NCBI GenBank assembly: GCA_043747615.1
Contig: JAYTOU010000015.1
Span: 21,655 to 85,654 of the forward strand
Origin: Myxococcales bacterium
GTDB taxonomy: Bacteria; Myxococcota_A; Polyangia; Polyangiales; Polyangiaceae
Reading direction: 5' to 3'
Length of the DNA: 64,000 nt
The notes beneath the pieces are model-generated. The model was given only the letters and a program-made list of their open reading frames with translations, searched no databases and had not been told where the DNA came from. How positions within the stretch are numbered: position 1 is the stretch's first letter; every line of letters begins with the position of its first letter. The position numbers and the translations under genes are program-made. This document shows, one piece after another, positions 50,097 through 58,884 of the stretch.

Positions 50097-50537
50097 TCAT
50101 CGCGGTTCGATCGCCGTCACGCGACGGACGTGGCGCTTGTCACCGCTGAACGGCGTGGTGAGCCACATCTTGACGATCTCCCAGGCGAGCCCGTATCCGA
50201 CGACGCGTCCGCCGAGGGTGAGCACGTTTGCGTCGTTGTGAGTGCGCGCGTAGCGGGCAGTGAAGACGTCTGAGCAGTTGACGGCGCGAATGCCGGCATG
50301 GCGGTTTGCGCTCATGGCCATGCCCACGCCCGTGCCGCAGATGAGGATTCCGCGGTCGTGCGCACCTGCCAGGATTTGCTTTGCGGCGGTGTGCGCGAAA
50401 TCGGGATAGTCGCAAGCCTCGGCGCCGTGCGTGCCGATGTCCGTGACGGTGTAACCGCCTTCGCGGAGGCCTTCGACGAGCTCTTTCTTGAGATCGACTC
50501 CGCCGTGGTCCGCTGCGAGAACGAGCCGTTCGCTCAT
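50097..50537 (-). CDS. rpiB: Ribose 5-phosphate isomerase B
   Basis: ADHGG, DYPD, ICGTGVGM, HNDANVL and RH.RRV motifs. Confidence 0.96.
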   Translation of the reverse strand: MSERLVLAADHGGVDLKKELVEGLREGGYTVTDIGTHGAEACDYPDFAHTAAKQILAGAHDRGILICGTGVGMAMSANRHAGIRAVNCSDVFTARYARTHNDANVLTLGGRVVGYGLAWEIVKMWLTTPFSGDKRHVRRVTAIEPR

Positions 50538-50544
50538 GGGAAAT

Positions 50545-51789
50545 TCACCCTTCGTAACGCGACAAGAGCAGCGACGCGTTCGTCCCGCCGAAGCCGAACG
50601 AATTGTTGAGCGCGTGGCGAACGCGCCGCTCGCGCCCGGTGTTCGCCACGTAATCGAGCACGCATGCGGGGTCTTGGTCCTCCAGGTTGATCGTCGGCGG
50701 TATCTTGCCCTCGGAGATGGCCAGTGCGCAAATCGCGCTCTCGACGGCGCCCGCGGCACCGAGGAGGTGTCCCATCATCGATTTCGTCGAGCTCACCCAG
50801 AGCGTGTGGTCGGTGGCCCTGCTCCCGAAGACGGCGGCGATGGCGCGTGACTCTTCGACGTCCCCGACCGGAGTGGAGGTGCCGTGGGCGTTGATGTAGT
50901 CGACCTCGTCGGGAGCCACGCCGGCATCCTTGAGGGCCATTTTCATGGAGCGTTGAGCTCCGGCGCCGTTCGGGGCGGGCTGCGTGAGGTGATAGCCGTC
51001 GCTCGAGGCTCCGTAGCCGGCGACCTCCGCGTAGATCTTGGCGCCGCGCTTTCTCGCGCGCGTGAGGGTCTCGAGGACCATAACGCCCGCGCCTTCGCCG
51101 CAGACGAATCCGTCGCGCCCTTTGTCGAAGGGACGGCTGGCGCGCTGGGGCTCTTCGTTGCGCCGCGAGAGGGCCATCATGGCCTCGAAGCCGCCGATCC
51201 CGACGGGGGTGACCGTGGCCTCCGCGCCGCCCGCGACCATGATTTTAGCGCGCCCGCGGCGAATCCATTCAACGGCCTCGCCGATGGCGTGGGCACCGCT
51301 CGAGCAGGCGCTCGTCGTGCAGTAGCTCGGCCCGAGGAGGCCATGGGCCATCGAGAGTTGCCCCGCGGCAAGGTTGGCGATGATACCGGGGATCGAATAC
51401 GGGCTGATTTTCGTCGGCCCCTTGTCGATGAGGGTCTGCTTGGTTTTTTCGAGCGTGAAGAGACCGCCGAGGCCGACGCCGATGAAGCAGCCCGCTTCCT
51501 CGCGTTCCTCGTCCGTCATTTCCAGGCGCGCGTCCTCGATGGCGAGCTTGCCGGCGCCCATCGCGAACTCGCAGAAGCGGTCCATCTCCTTGAGCTTCTT
51601 TTTCTCGATGAAACGCGTCGGCTCCCAATTCGTAACCTCGCCCGCAATCTTCACGCGGAAGGCCGAGGCATCGAATTGGGTGATTTTGCCGACACCGCTC
51701 TCGCCGGCGAGGAGGGCCCGCCAGGATTCCTCGGTACCGATCCCGCAAGGGGTGACCAGCCCGATTCCTGTGATGACGACGCGTTCCAT
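50545..51789 (-). CDS. fabF: Beta-ketoacyl-ACP synthase II
   Basis: [33 protein letters not shown] and NSFGFGGTN motifs. Confidence 0.98.
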   Translation of the reverse strand: MERVVITGIGLVTPCGIGTEESWRALLAGESGVGKITQFDASAFRVKIAGEVTNWEPTRFIEKKKLKEMDRFCEFAMGAGKLAIEDARLEMTDEEREEAGCFIGVGLGGLFTLEKTKQTLIDKGPTKISPYSIPGIIANLAAGQLSMAHGLLGPSYCTTSACSSGAHAIGEAVEWIRRGRAKIMVAGGAEATVTPVGIGGFEAMMALSRRNEEPQRASRPFDKGRDGFVCGEGAGVMVLETLTRARKRGAKIYAEVAGYGASSDGYHLTQPAPNGAGAQRSMKMALKDAGVAPDEVDYINAHGTSTPVGDVEESRAIAAVFGSRATDHTLWVSSTKSMMGHLLGAAGAVESAICALAISEGKIPPTINLEDQDPACVLDYVANTGRERRVRHALNNSFGFGGTNASLLLSRYEG

Positions 51790-51886
51790 GAATGCTCTTT
51801 AGGACGCGACATCGAGCGCCGCAACCACGGTGCTCACGGCCTCGTGAGAGGGCATCGCACCGGGTCTAGGCCACCGAGGTCGACGG

Positions 51887-52129
51887 TCACTTCTTGGCGT
51901 GTTTTTCGATGTAGTCGATGGCGTCCTGGACCGTCCGAATTTTCTCGGTGTCTTCGTCCGGGATGTCGATTTCGAAAGCTTCTTCGAAGGCGAGCACGAG
52001 TTCGACGAGGCCGAGCGAATCGGCGCCTAAGTCATCGATGAAGGAGGATTCTGCCTTGATGTCCTTCTCGTCGACGTCGAGCTGCTCTTTGATGATCCGC
52101 TTGACCTCGCTGGGAATGTCCTGAGCCAT
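51887..52129 (-). CDS. acpP: Acyl carrier protein
   Basis: DDLGADSL phosphopantetheine site; acidic 80-aa protein. Confidence 0.98.
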   Translation of the reverse strand: MAQDIPSEVKRIIKEQLDVDEKDIKAESSFIDDLGADSLGLVELVLAFEEAFEIDIPDEDTEKIRTVQDAIDYIEKHAKK

Positions 52130-52250
52130 ACGTGCCTCGTATCAGAAAAAGCGTGAGCGTTATCGGGAAACCGAACGTTTGAACCGATTTGGGAGAAGTG
52201 GAAAAGCCGAAGAGGTCGCTTTGCCACCGAAAGAAAGAAAAGATCCGAAG

Positions 52251-52997
52251 TCAGACGTACAAGCCGCCGTTCACGCGAAGTACCTGACCGGTGACATACG
52301 ACGCTTCGGTGCTCGCAAGATAGACGCATGCCGCAGCAACGTCGTGGGCGCTTCCCGTGCGGCCGAGAGGGACGGCCTTCACGATGTACTCCTTGGCGGC
52401 GTCGCTCATGGCCTTGGTCATGTCGGTGTCGATGTAACCGGGGCTGATGACGTTCACCGTGATGCTCCGCGAGGCGTACTCACGGGCGATTGATTTCGCC
52501 GCCCCGATGATGGCCGCTTTTGTCGCCGCGTAGCCTGTTTGTCCGGCGTTTCCCATCTCGGCGGTGACGCTCGAGAGGAAGATGATTCGCCCCGCCTTGC
52601 TGCGCATCATGCTCCTCGAGGCCGCCTTCGCGCACATGATCGAGCCGCGGACGTTGGTCGCAAAGAGGCGGTCGAGGTCTTCGTCTTTCAGGCGAAGGAG
52701 CAGGCCGTCGATCGCGATGCCGGCGTTGGCGACGAGGATGTCGAGCTTGCCGTGGGCCTTGATGATGCCTTCGATCGCCGCTTCGGTGGCGTTCGTGTTG
52801 GCGACGTCGAAGCCGGCGATCTCTGCTTTGCCGCCTTTGGCGACGATGGCGTCGGCGGTCTCTTTTGCGGCCGCTTCGCCCTTCACGTAGTTGACGACCA
52901 CGGTCGCGCCCTGCCCAGCGAGCGCCTCTGCGCATGCCCGGCCGATGCCCCGCGAGCCACCCGTGACGAGGGCGATTTTGCCATCCAATCGAAACAT
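52251..52997 (-). CDS. fabG: 3-oxoacyl-ACP reductase
   Basis: TGGSRGIG, ANAGI, GNAGQTGYAATK and PGYIDTDMT motifs; fab cluster context. Confidence 0.95.
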   Translation of the reverse strand: MFRLDGKIALVTGGSRGIGRACAEALAGQGATVVVNYVKGEAAAKETADAIVAKGGKAEIAGFDVANTNATEAAIEGIIKAHGKLDILVANAGIAIDGLLLRLKDEDLDRLFATNVRGSIMCAKAASRSMMRSKAGRIIFLSSVTAEMGNAGQTGYAATKAAIIGAAKSIAREYASRSITVNVISPGYIDTDMTKAMSDAAKEYIVKAVPLGRTGSAHDVAAACVYLASTEASYVTGQVLRVNGGLYV

Positions 52998-53055
52998 GCG
53001 GCGGGTCTTACGACGGGGCGCGCCAGCGTTCAACCACGACCCGACCGGAGGTCAC

Positions 53056-53994
53056 TCAATTGTTCAGGAATGCGTCGACCTTATCGAGGCCCGCCGCATC
53101 CGAGACGTTGAGCACCGTGAGCTCCTTCGCGATCCGACGCGTCAGCCCGGAAAGAACTTTTCCTGGGCCGATTTCTAGGGCCCGCGTGACCCCCGAGGCG
53201 TGCATGAAGCGGACGGAATCTTCCCAGCGAACGGGGCTGTCTACTTGCCGGAAGAGCAGCTCCTTGATGCGCGCGGGGTCGGAGTTCGGTCGGGCATCCA
53301 CGTTGGCGACGACCGGGAACGCCATCGGTCCCATGACGACCTTCTCGAGCTCGCCCTTCAGCGCAGCGGCGGCGGGCGCCATCAGCGCGCAATGGAACGG
53401 CGCGCTCACCTTCAGCGCAATGGCCTTGCCCCCCGCGGCGGAAACGAGCGCGATCGCCCGCTCGACGGCTGCGGCATGACCGGCGATCACCACCTGCCCG
53501 GGCGCGTTGTAATTTGCGGGGCTCACGACCTCACCCTGCGCGGCCTCCTCGCAGATCCCCGCCAGGAGCGAGGGATCGAGCCCGATGATCGCGGCCATCG
53601 CCCCGACCCCAGGAGCCACGGCGTCTTGCATGGCCTTGCCCCGCGCGCGAAGCAGCCGGATGGCGTCTCCCAGTCCGAGAGCGCCGCACGCGACGAGCGC
53701 GGAGTATTCGCCGAGCGAGTGACCGGCCGCGAACGCAGGGCTCGCGAGCGAGGGGAGGCGCTCCTTCAGCGCGGCGAGGATCGCCTGGCTGGCTGTGAGG
53801 ATGGCGGGCTGCGCGTTGGCCGTGAGCGTGAGGCGATCTTCGGGCCCCTCCAGAATCAGGGCGCTCAATTTTTCGCCGAGCGCGGAGTCCGCCTCTTCGA
53901 AGACGCGACGTGCAGCGGGGGATGCCTCGAGGACGTCCTTCGCCATCCCAACGGATTGCGAGCCCTGACCAGGGAAAAACCAGGCGATTTGCAT
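53056..53994 (-). CDS. fabD: Malonyl CoA-ACP transacylase
   Basis: FPGQGSQ, AGHSLGEY, VSAPFHC and PVRW motifs. Confidence 0.97.
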   Translation of the reverse strand: MQIAWFFPGQGSQSVGMAKDVLEASPAARRVFEEADSALGEKLSALILEGPEDRLTLTANAQPAILTASQAILAALKERLPSLASPAFAAGHSLGEYSALVACGALGLGDAIRLLRARGKAMQDAVAPGVGAMAAIIGLDPSLLAGICEEAAQGEVVSPANYNAPGQVVIAGHAAAVERAIALVSAAGGKAIALKVSAPFHCALMAPAAAALKGELEKVVMGPMAFPVVANVDARPNSDPARIKELLFRQVDSPVRWEDSVRFMHASGVTRALEIGPGKVLSGLTRRIAKELTVLNVSDAAGLDKVDAFLNN

Positions 53995-54038
53995 GGCGCG
54001 GGCACTTAGCGCAAAACGCGTTTGGCCGCGAGACCCGG

Positions 54039-54605
54039 TTATTCGAAGGGGTTCGTTTCGACGATCGCCGGTGCGAGCTCGAGCGTTCCGGGCGCGCTGA
54101 TTTTCCCATCGAGCTTGAATTCCGAGGTGACGCCGTCGCCGGTCAGATCGCCGTTTGCGCGCGCTTCGAAGCCGTCGCCGGGTGTGGACGTGCCGTGCGC
54201 CGTGTACCCGTACGAATAATATTGCGGGTAGGTCATGCTGAATTTCAGGCACGCGAAGCCGGCGTTGGTCGCCTTGTCTGCGTCCCATTCACTCGCAGCC
54301 GACTGGTATTTTTTGCCACCTACCTTGAGCACGCTGTCGGGGACGTCGTGTGATGCGGTCGCACACAGCTTCGCGCCCTCTTCGTACGCGGTGACGGCGT
54401 CACGCGCGATCTGGGCGACGGAGTTGCGCGCTTCGACCGTCTTCGCGCTCGCGATGTATTTGCGGACCCCGTAAATCGCGAGCACCGCCAACACTCCGCC
54501 AAAGAGAATGAAGAAACCGAGCCCAGCGAGAACGTAAATGATCCACGCGGGGATGCCTTTTTGCGGCGGAGGGGCTTGCGAGGCGTAATTTCCCGGAGCG
54601 TTCAC
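54039..54605 (-). CDS. Type IV pilin-like membrane protein lacking a prepilin cleavage motif
   Basis: GVLAVLAIYGVRKYIASAKTVEARNSVAQI alpha1-like helix, two Cys, A.GDL.GDG motif; no G|FTLIE. GTG start 54605 just after the fabH stop. Confidence 0.75.
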   Translation of the reverse strand: MNAPGNYASQAPPPQKGIPAWIIYVLAGLGFFILFGGVLAVLAIYGVRKYIASAKTVEARNSVAQIARDAVTAYEEGAKLCATASHDVPDSVLKVGGKKYQSAASEWDADKATNAGFACLKFSMTYPQYYSYGYTAHGTSTPGDGFEARANGDLTGDGVTSEFKLDGKISAPGTLELAPAIVETNPFE

Positions 54606-54609
54606 GCAG

Positions 54610-55617
54610 CTACATTCGCACGAGGGCGCTGCCCCACGACACGCCGGCGCCGAGCGCGCACATGAGAACGACATGCCCGGGTTTGATTTTTCCGGCACGC
54701 ACGTTCTCGTCGAGCAAGATCGGGATCGACGCGCTCGACGTGTTGCCGACGAACTCGATGTTCGAGAGCACTTTTTCTCGCGCGTAGTTGGCGCGCTGAA
54801 CCACCTGATCGATGATCCGAAGATTTGCTTGGTGCGGGCAGACCCAGTCGACCTGGTCGTTCTTCATTCCCGCAGCGTCGACGGCTTGCTGGCTCGCCGA
54901 ATAAAGATTTCGCACCGCGGCTTTGAAGATGTCTTGGCCTTTCATCTTCACTTTATTTTGTTTGAGCTCGATGACTTCGTGCGACGCAGGCGTGACGCTG
55001 CCGCCGCCCGGGATCATCAGGGAGTGCGCGAGCGATCCGTCGGAGTGCGTCTTGGTGGAGAGGATGCCGCGCGTAGGCTCGTTCGGATCTGCGGGACCGA
55101 GGACGACCGCGCCGGCTCCGTCTCCGAAGAGAACGCAGGTGGTGCGATCGCTCCAGTCGATGACCCGCGACAGAAGCTCCACGCCGATGACCATCACGTG
55201 TTTCATCGAGCCCGTGGAGATGAACTTGTCGGCAATGGAGAGGCCGAAAATAAAGCCGGCGCACGCCGCGCTGAGGTCGAATGCCGGGCAGTTGGTCGCG
55301 CCCAACTTTTGCTGCACGAAGACCGCGGTGGCCGGCATAGGCATGTCGGGCGTCACCGTGGCGACGATGATCATGTCGATGTCCGAGGCCTTGAGCCCCG
55401 CCGCCTCGAGAGCCCGCTTTCCCGCTTCGGCCGCCATGTCGCTGGTGACCACGCCTTCGGGCGCGACGCGTCGCTCGCGAATCCCGGTGCGCTCACGGAT
55501 CCACGTGTCTGTCGTGTCGACGAGCTTCTCGAGATCGACGTTCGTCCGGATGATGGACGGCAAATAGTGGCCGGTGCCCAGGACTCGGGTACGCGGCGAT
55601 TGAAGAGCGTCGGGCAT
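54610..55617 (-). CDS. fabH: Beta-ketoacyl-ACP synthase III
   Basis: WIRERTGI, AACAGF, LFGDGAGA, PHQAN and GNTSSAS motifs. Start ATG 55617 or TTG 55626. Confidence 0.97.
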   Translation of the reverse strand: MPDALQSPRTRVLGTGHYLPSIIRTNVDLEKLVDTTDTWIRERTGIRERRVAPEGVVTSDMAAEAGKRALEAAGLKASDIDMIIVATVTPDMPMPATAVFVQQKLGATNCPAFDLSAACAGFIFGLSIADKFISTGSMKHVMVIGVELLSRVIDWSDRTTCVLFGDGAGAVVLGPADPNEPTRGILSTKTHSDGSLAHSLMIPGGGSVTPASHEVIELKQNKVKMKGQDIFKAAVRNLYSASQQAVDAAGMKNDQVDWVCPHQANLRIIDQVVQRANYAREKVLSNIEFVGNTSSASIPILLDENVRAGKIKPGHVVLMCALGAGVSWGSALVRM

Positions 55618-55682
55618 GAGTCTCAAAGCCTAGAGCGGGCGAGCTTCACCCGCCACATCCTCTGGAATACGCGCTTGAAGAA

Positions 55683-55874
55683 TTATTCTTTTTTGGCGGA
55701 GCCAGTCGTTACCTGACGGCCCTTGTAATGGCCGCAGGAGGCGCACGCGCGGTGGGGCACGCTCGGCTCGCCGCAATTGGCGCACGCGATGAGCTGCGGT
55801 GCCGTGACCTTGTCGTGGTTGGCGCGGCGCATGTTGCGCTTGGAACGGCTGGTTCGTCGCTTGGGGACTGCCAC
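55683..55874 (-). CDS. rpmF: 50S ribosomal protein L32
   Basis: MAVPKRRTS, CANCG..PHRAC..CG.YKGRQ. Confidence 0.98.
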   Translation of the reverse strand: MAVPKRRTSRSKRNMRRANHDKVTAPQLIACANCGEPSVPHRACASCGHYKGRQVTTGSAKKE

Positions 55875-55880
55875 GGGGTG

Positions 55881-56552
55881 TTACTCCTTCTCTCTCTTCA
55901 AACGCTTCTTCAAACGCAAAAGGGGAGCGAGGCGTGGATCGAGCGGCTTCTCGCCTGGCTCGTCGAACCCCACGCTCCCATGGGGGCCCGGGCTAATACC
56001 CGGGCAGTCCTCCGAGCACAAGGGGATCATGGGCGTTTCGAGCACGAGCTCGTCGCGAACCAGATCGTCGAGGACCACGGTATCGCCGTCATAGGCCACG
56101 ATGTCGGCCTCGTCCGGGGAGATCGAGAGCTCGTCGTCTTCGTCTTCTCGCGAGCGCTCTTTCCTACCTTTTCTGGGGGCGTCTTTCTTTGGCGCGTCCG
56201 TTGCGGGGGTGTCCGCCAGGGGCACCTTGCGCGGGCGCCGCGACGCCGATTCCGGGGATTTTAGCGCTTTTTCGGGCACCATGAGCACGCTGACGGACTG
56301 GTCGACGGTCACCATGACGGGCTTCAAGCAGCGGGCGCAGGGCATCGATAGCTCGGCCTTCAGCGTGCCGTGAACGACGACGTCGTTTCCGCTCTTCGAG
56401 ACCCGGACGTCGAGCTTTCCGTCGGCGCCCGAGGAGGTCGCCTCGTGATCTTCGAGCGCGCCCCTCACCCACGCGGCCCGGACCGGGAAATGATAGCTCC
56501 GCCCCGCTGCATCGAGCTCGGAGACCGGAATCGTAAATTCGTGGGCACTCAT
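55881..56552 (-). CDS. yceD: YceD/DUF177 family protein
   Basis: CARCL, PM.PLCSEDCPGI, DPRLAPL; directly upstream of rpmF. Confidence 0.9.
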   Translation of the reverse strand: MSAHEFTIPVSELDAAGRSYHFPVRAAWVRGALEDHEATSSGADGKLDVRVSKSGNDVVVHGTLKAELSMPCARCLKPVMVTVDQSVSVLMVPEKALKSPESASRRPRKVPLADTPATDAPKKDAPRKGRKERSREDEDDELSISPDEADIVAYDGDTVVLDDLVRDELVLETPMIPLCSEDCPGISPGPHGSVGFDEPGEKPLDPRLAPLLRLKKRLKREKE

Positions 56553-56666
56553 GGCGGGGCCTGATTCCCACGACGCGCGCGATCGCGCAAGGTCGCGTGA
56601 TGGGTATCGCGACATGCTCACCGATGGTCGACAAGGGTTTGACCTGGCGCACGGGGGGCGTAAAAG

Positions 56667-56680
56667 ATTCGCACACGAAT
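56667..56680. promoter_or_regulatory. Putative MarR operator (inverted repeat)
   Basis: ATTCG-CACA-CGAAT just downstream of TTGACC-N16-TAAAAG and upstream of the MarR ATG. Confidence 0.45.
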
Positions 56681-56698
56681 TGTCGCCATGACCTGCCA

Positions 56699-57181
56699 AT
56701 GAAGAAAACCGGCGACAAAGACGCCAGCGGGGACGTCGACGAGCTGCTCAAGCTCCTGGTGTTTCTCTATACGGAGAACCGCCGCATCACGAAGCTCATC
56801 GCCGCGCGGGCAGACTTGACCGGCCCGCAGCTCACGGTGGTGAAGATGCTCGAGCAGGTTGGCGACCTCTCTCTCTCCGAGCTGTCGGACGCCATCCGCG
56901 CTCAGAACAGCACGATGACCGGGATCGTCGATCGCATGGAGCGTGAAGGAATCGTAGAGCGCGTGAGGTCGACCGAGGACCGGCGCGTCGTGCGCATTCA
57001 CCTCACCGACAAGGGGAAAAAGCTGGCAATCGGCATACCGGTGGAGCCACTTTTCATCTTCCGCGCGGCCCTCGAAAGCCTCACGCCGAGCGAGACGACA
57101 GAGCTGCTCAAGACCACGACCAAGATCACCACCAGCTTTCGCGAGGCCATCGAGCGCGACCTAGGCGCAAAGCCGGTTTGA
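56699..57181 (+). CDS. MarR family transcriptional regulator
   Basis: LTGPQL, STMTGIVDRME, DRRVVRIHLT.KG motifs. Confidence 0.93.
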   Translation: MKKTGDKDASGDVDELLKLLVFLYTENRRITKLIAARADLTGPQLTVVKMLEQVGDLSLSELSDAIRAQNSTMTGIVDRMEREGIVERVRSTEDRRVVRIHLTDKGKKLAIGIPVEPLFIFRAALESLTPSETTELLKTTTKITTSFREAIERDLGAKPV

Positions 57182-57205
57182 ATTTGCCAGACTGCCGAAC
57201 GAGGA

Positions 57206-58093
57206 ATGACGATGACTGAAGTACGCGATCCCGACTTGTGCGTGATTACCTGCGCCCTCAGCGGCGTGCTGGCAAACCGCGCGCAGTGCCCAGCCATTCC
57301 GTACACGCCCGTAGAGATCGCCGAGGAGGCGAAGCGAGCCTACGACGCCGGCGCCGCTGCGGTGCACATCCACGCCCGCCACGACGACGGGACGCCCACC
57401 TTCAGCCCGGCGACCTTCGCGAAGATCAAGGAAGAGATCGAGAAGCGCTGCCCGGTGCTCCTCAATTTTTCGACGGGCACGATCGCCGACGACGTCTCCG
57501 AGCAGTGCCAGTACATCCGTGAATCCAAGCCTGCCATCGCGGCCCTCAACATGGGGACGATGAACTATTCGAAGTACTCGGCGTCGAAGAAGGCCTTCGC
57601 GTTCGACATGATTTTTCCGAACACGTACTCGAAGATCATGAAGCTTCTCGTGGCCATGAACGAGAGCGGCGTGAAGCCCGAGCTGGAATGCTTCGACACG
57701 GGCCACACCCACGGGATCTGGCCGCTCCTAGACATGGGCATCTTGAAGAAGCCGCTCCAGTTTTCCTTCATCGTCAACGTGCTCGGAGGCATCCCGCCGA
57801 CGGTGGATAGCCTTCAACTGCAGACGAAATTGATGCCGCCCGGGAGCGAGTGGGAGGTCATTGGGATCAGCCGCTGCGGATGGAAGATGATCGCCACCGC
57901 TCTCGTCTTGGGCGGAAATATCCGGGCTGGGCTGGAGGACAACCTCTATTTGCCGAGCGGACAGATGGCGAAGTCCAACGGCGAGCTCATCGAGGTTGCA
58001 GCGCGCATGGTCCGTGACGTTGGGCGAAGAGTGGCGACGGTCGAGGAAGCGAAGAAGATCCTCTCTCTCGATCAGTTTCGCGCGTCGGCGTAG
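57206..58093 (+). CDS. Beta-keto acid cleavage enzyme (BKACE/DUF849, Kce-like)
   Basis: ITCALSG, PYTP.EI, VHIHAR, STG, LNMGTMN, PELECFD and RAGLEDN motifs. Confidence 0.92.
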   Translation: MTMTEVRDPDLCVITCALSGVLANRAQCPAIPYTPVEIAEEAKRAYDAGAAAVHIHARHDDGTPTFSPATFAKIKEEIEKRCPVLLNFSTGTIADDVSEQCQYIRESKPAIAALNMGTMNYSKYSASKKAFAFDMIFPNTYSKIMKLLVAMNESGVKPELECFDTGHTHGIWPLLDMGILKKPLQFSFIVNVLGGIPPTVDSLQLQTKLMPPGSEWEVIGISRCGWKMIATALVLGGNIRAGLEDNLYLPSGQMAKSNGELIEVAARMVRDVGRRVATVEEAKKILSLDQFRASA

Positions 58094-58098
58094 TCGCC

Positions 58099-58878
58099 AT
58101 GAGTGCCGAGTTCCAAAAAATTCGGGTGCGGGAAGAAGGTGCAGTCTACACCATTCGCCTCTTCTACCCCGAGCGGCGCAACGCCATTGGTCCGCAGATG
58201 ACGAACGAGATCCTCCACGCGCTCGTGGCGGCGCATGGCTCGAAGGCGCAGGTCATCGTCCTCGAAGGGGAGGGGAAATCCTTCTGCGCGGGCGGCGACT
58301 TCGCGCAGATGACGGCGGGCGCGGATCAAGCGCTTCTGCCGCACAAAGGTGACTATGCAGATCTTCTCCTCGCGATGGTGAAGAGCGACAAACCGATCAT
58401 CGCCAAGGTCCACGGTCACGCCATGGGGGGCGGCCTCGGCCTCGTCGCCGCGTCCACGTTTGCGATTGCGTCGACCGATGCAGAGCTCGGCACGCCCGAG
58501 ATCAACGTCGGTCTCTTTCCGATGATGATCATGGCGGTGCTTTCGCGACTGGTTTCGCGGCGAAAGCTCCTCGAGATGATGCTGACCGGTCAACGAATGC
58601 CCGCTGAGTACGCGGCGACTATCGGTATTCTCAATGGCACGTGTCCGCCGGATGCGTTGGACGCAACCGTGACTGCGCTCGCCGACTCTTTGGCGAAGAA
58701 GAGCCCGATGACCATCAAACTCGGCCTCCGCGCCTTCGCGGCCCAAGACGACATGGATCTCGAGCGCGCGCTCCCCATGCTCCGCGATCGCCTCGGCGAG
58801 TGTCTGGGCACGGACGACGCACGTGAAGGGTTGATGGCGTTTCTCGAGAAGAGAACTCCAAATTGGACGGGAAAATAA
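58099..58878 (+). CDS. Enoyl-CoA hydratase/isomerase family protein
   Basis: RNA, SFCAGGD, GHAMGGGLGL, TPEINVGL and EGL.AFLEKR.P motifs. Confidence 0.92.
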   Translation: MSAEFQKIRVREEGAVYTIRLFYPERRNAIGPQMTNEILHALVAAHGSKAQVIVLEGEGKSFCAGGDFAQMTAGADQALLPHKGDYADLLLAMVKSDKPIIAKVHGHAMGGGLGLVAASTFAIASTDAELGTPEINVGLFPMMIMAVLSRLVSRRKLLEMMLTGQRMPAEYAATIGILNGTCPPDALDATVTALADSLAKKSPMTIKLGLRAFAAQDDMDLERALPMLRDRLGECLGTDDAREGLMAFLEKRTPNWTGK

Positions 58879-58884
58879 GCCAAA

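Noticed and set aside
54606..54698. Upstream ATG extension of the pilin-like ORF
   Set aside because: Overlaps the fabH 3' end and does not supply a prepilin leader; GTG 54605 is preferred.
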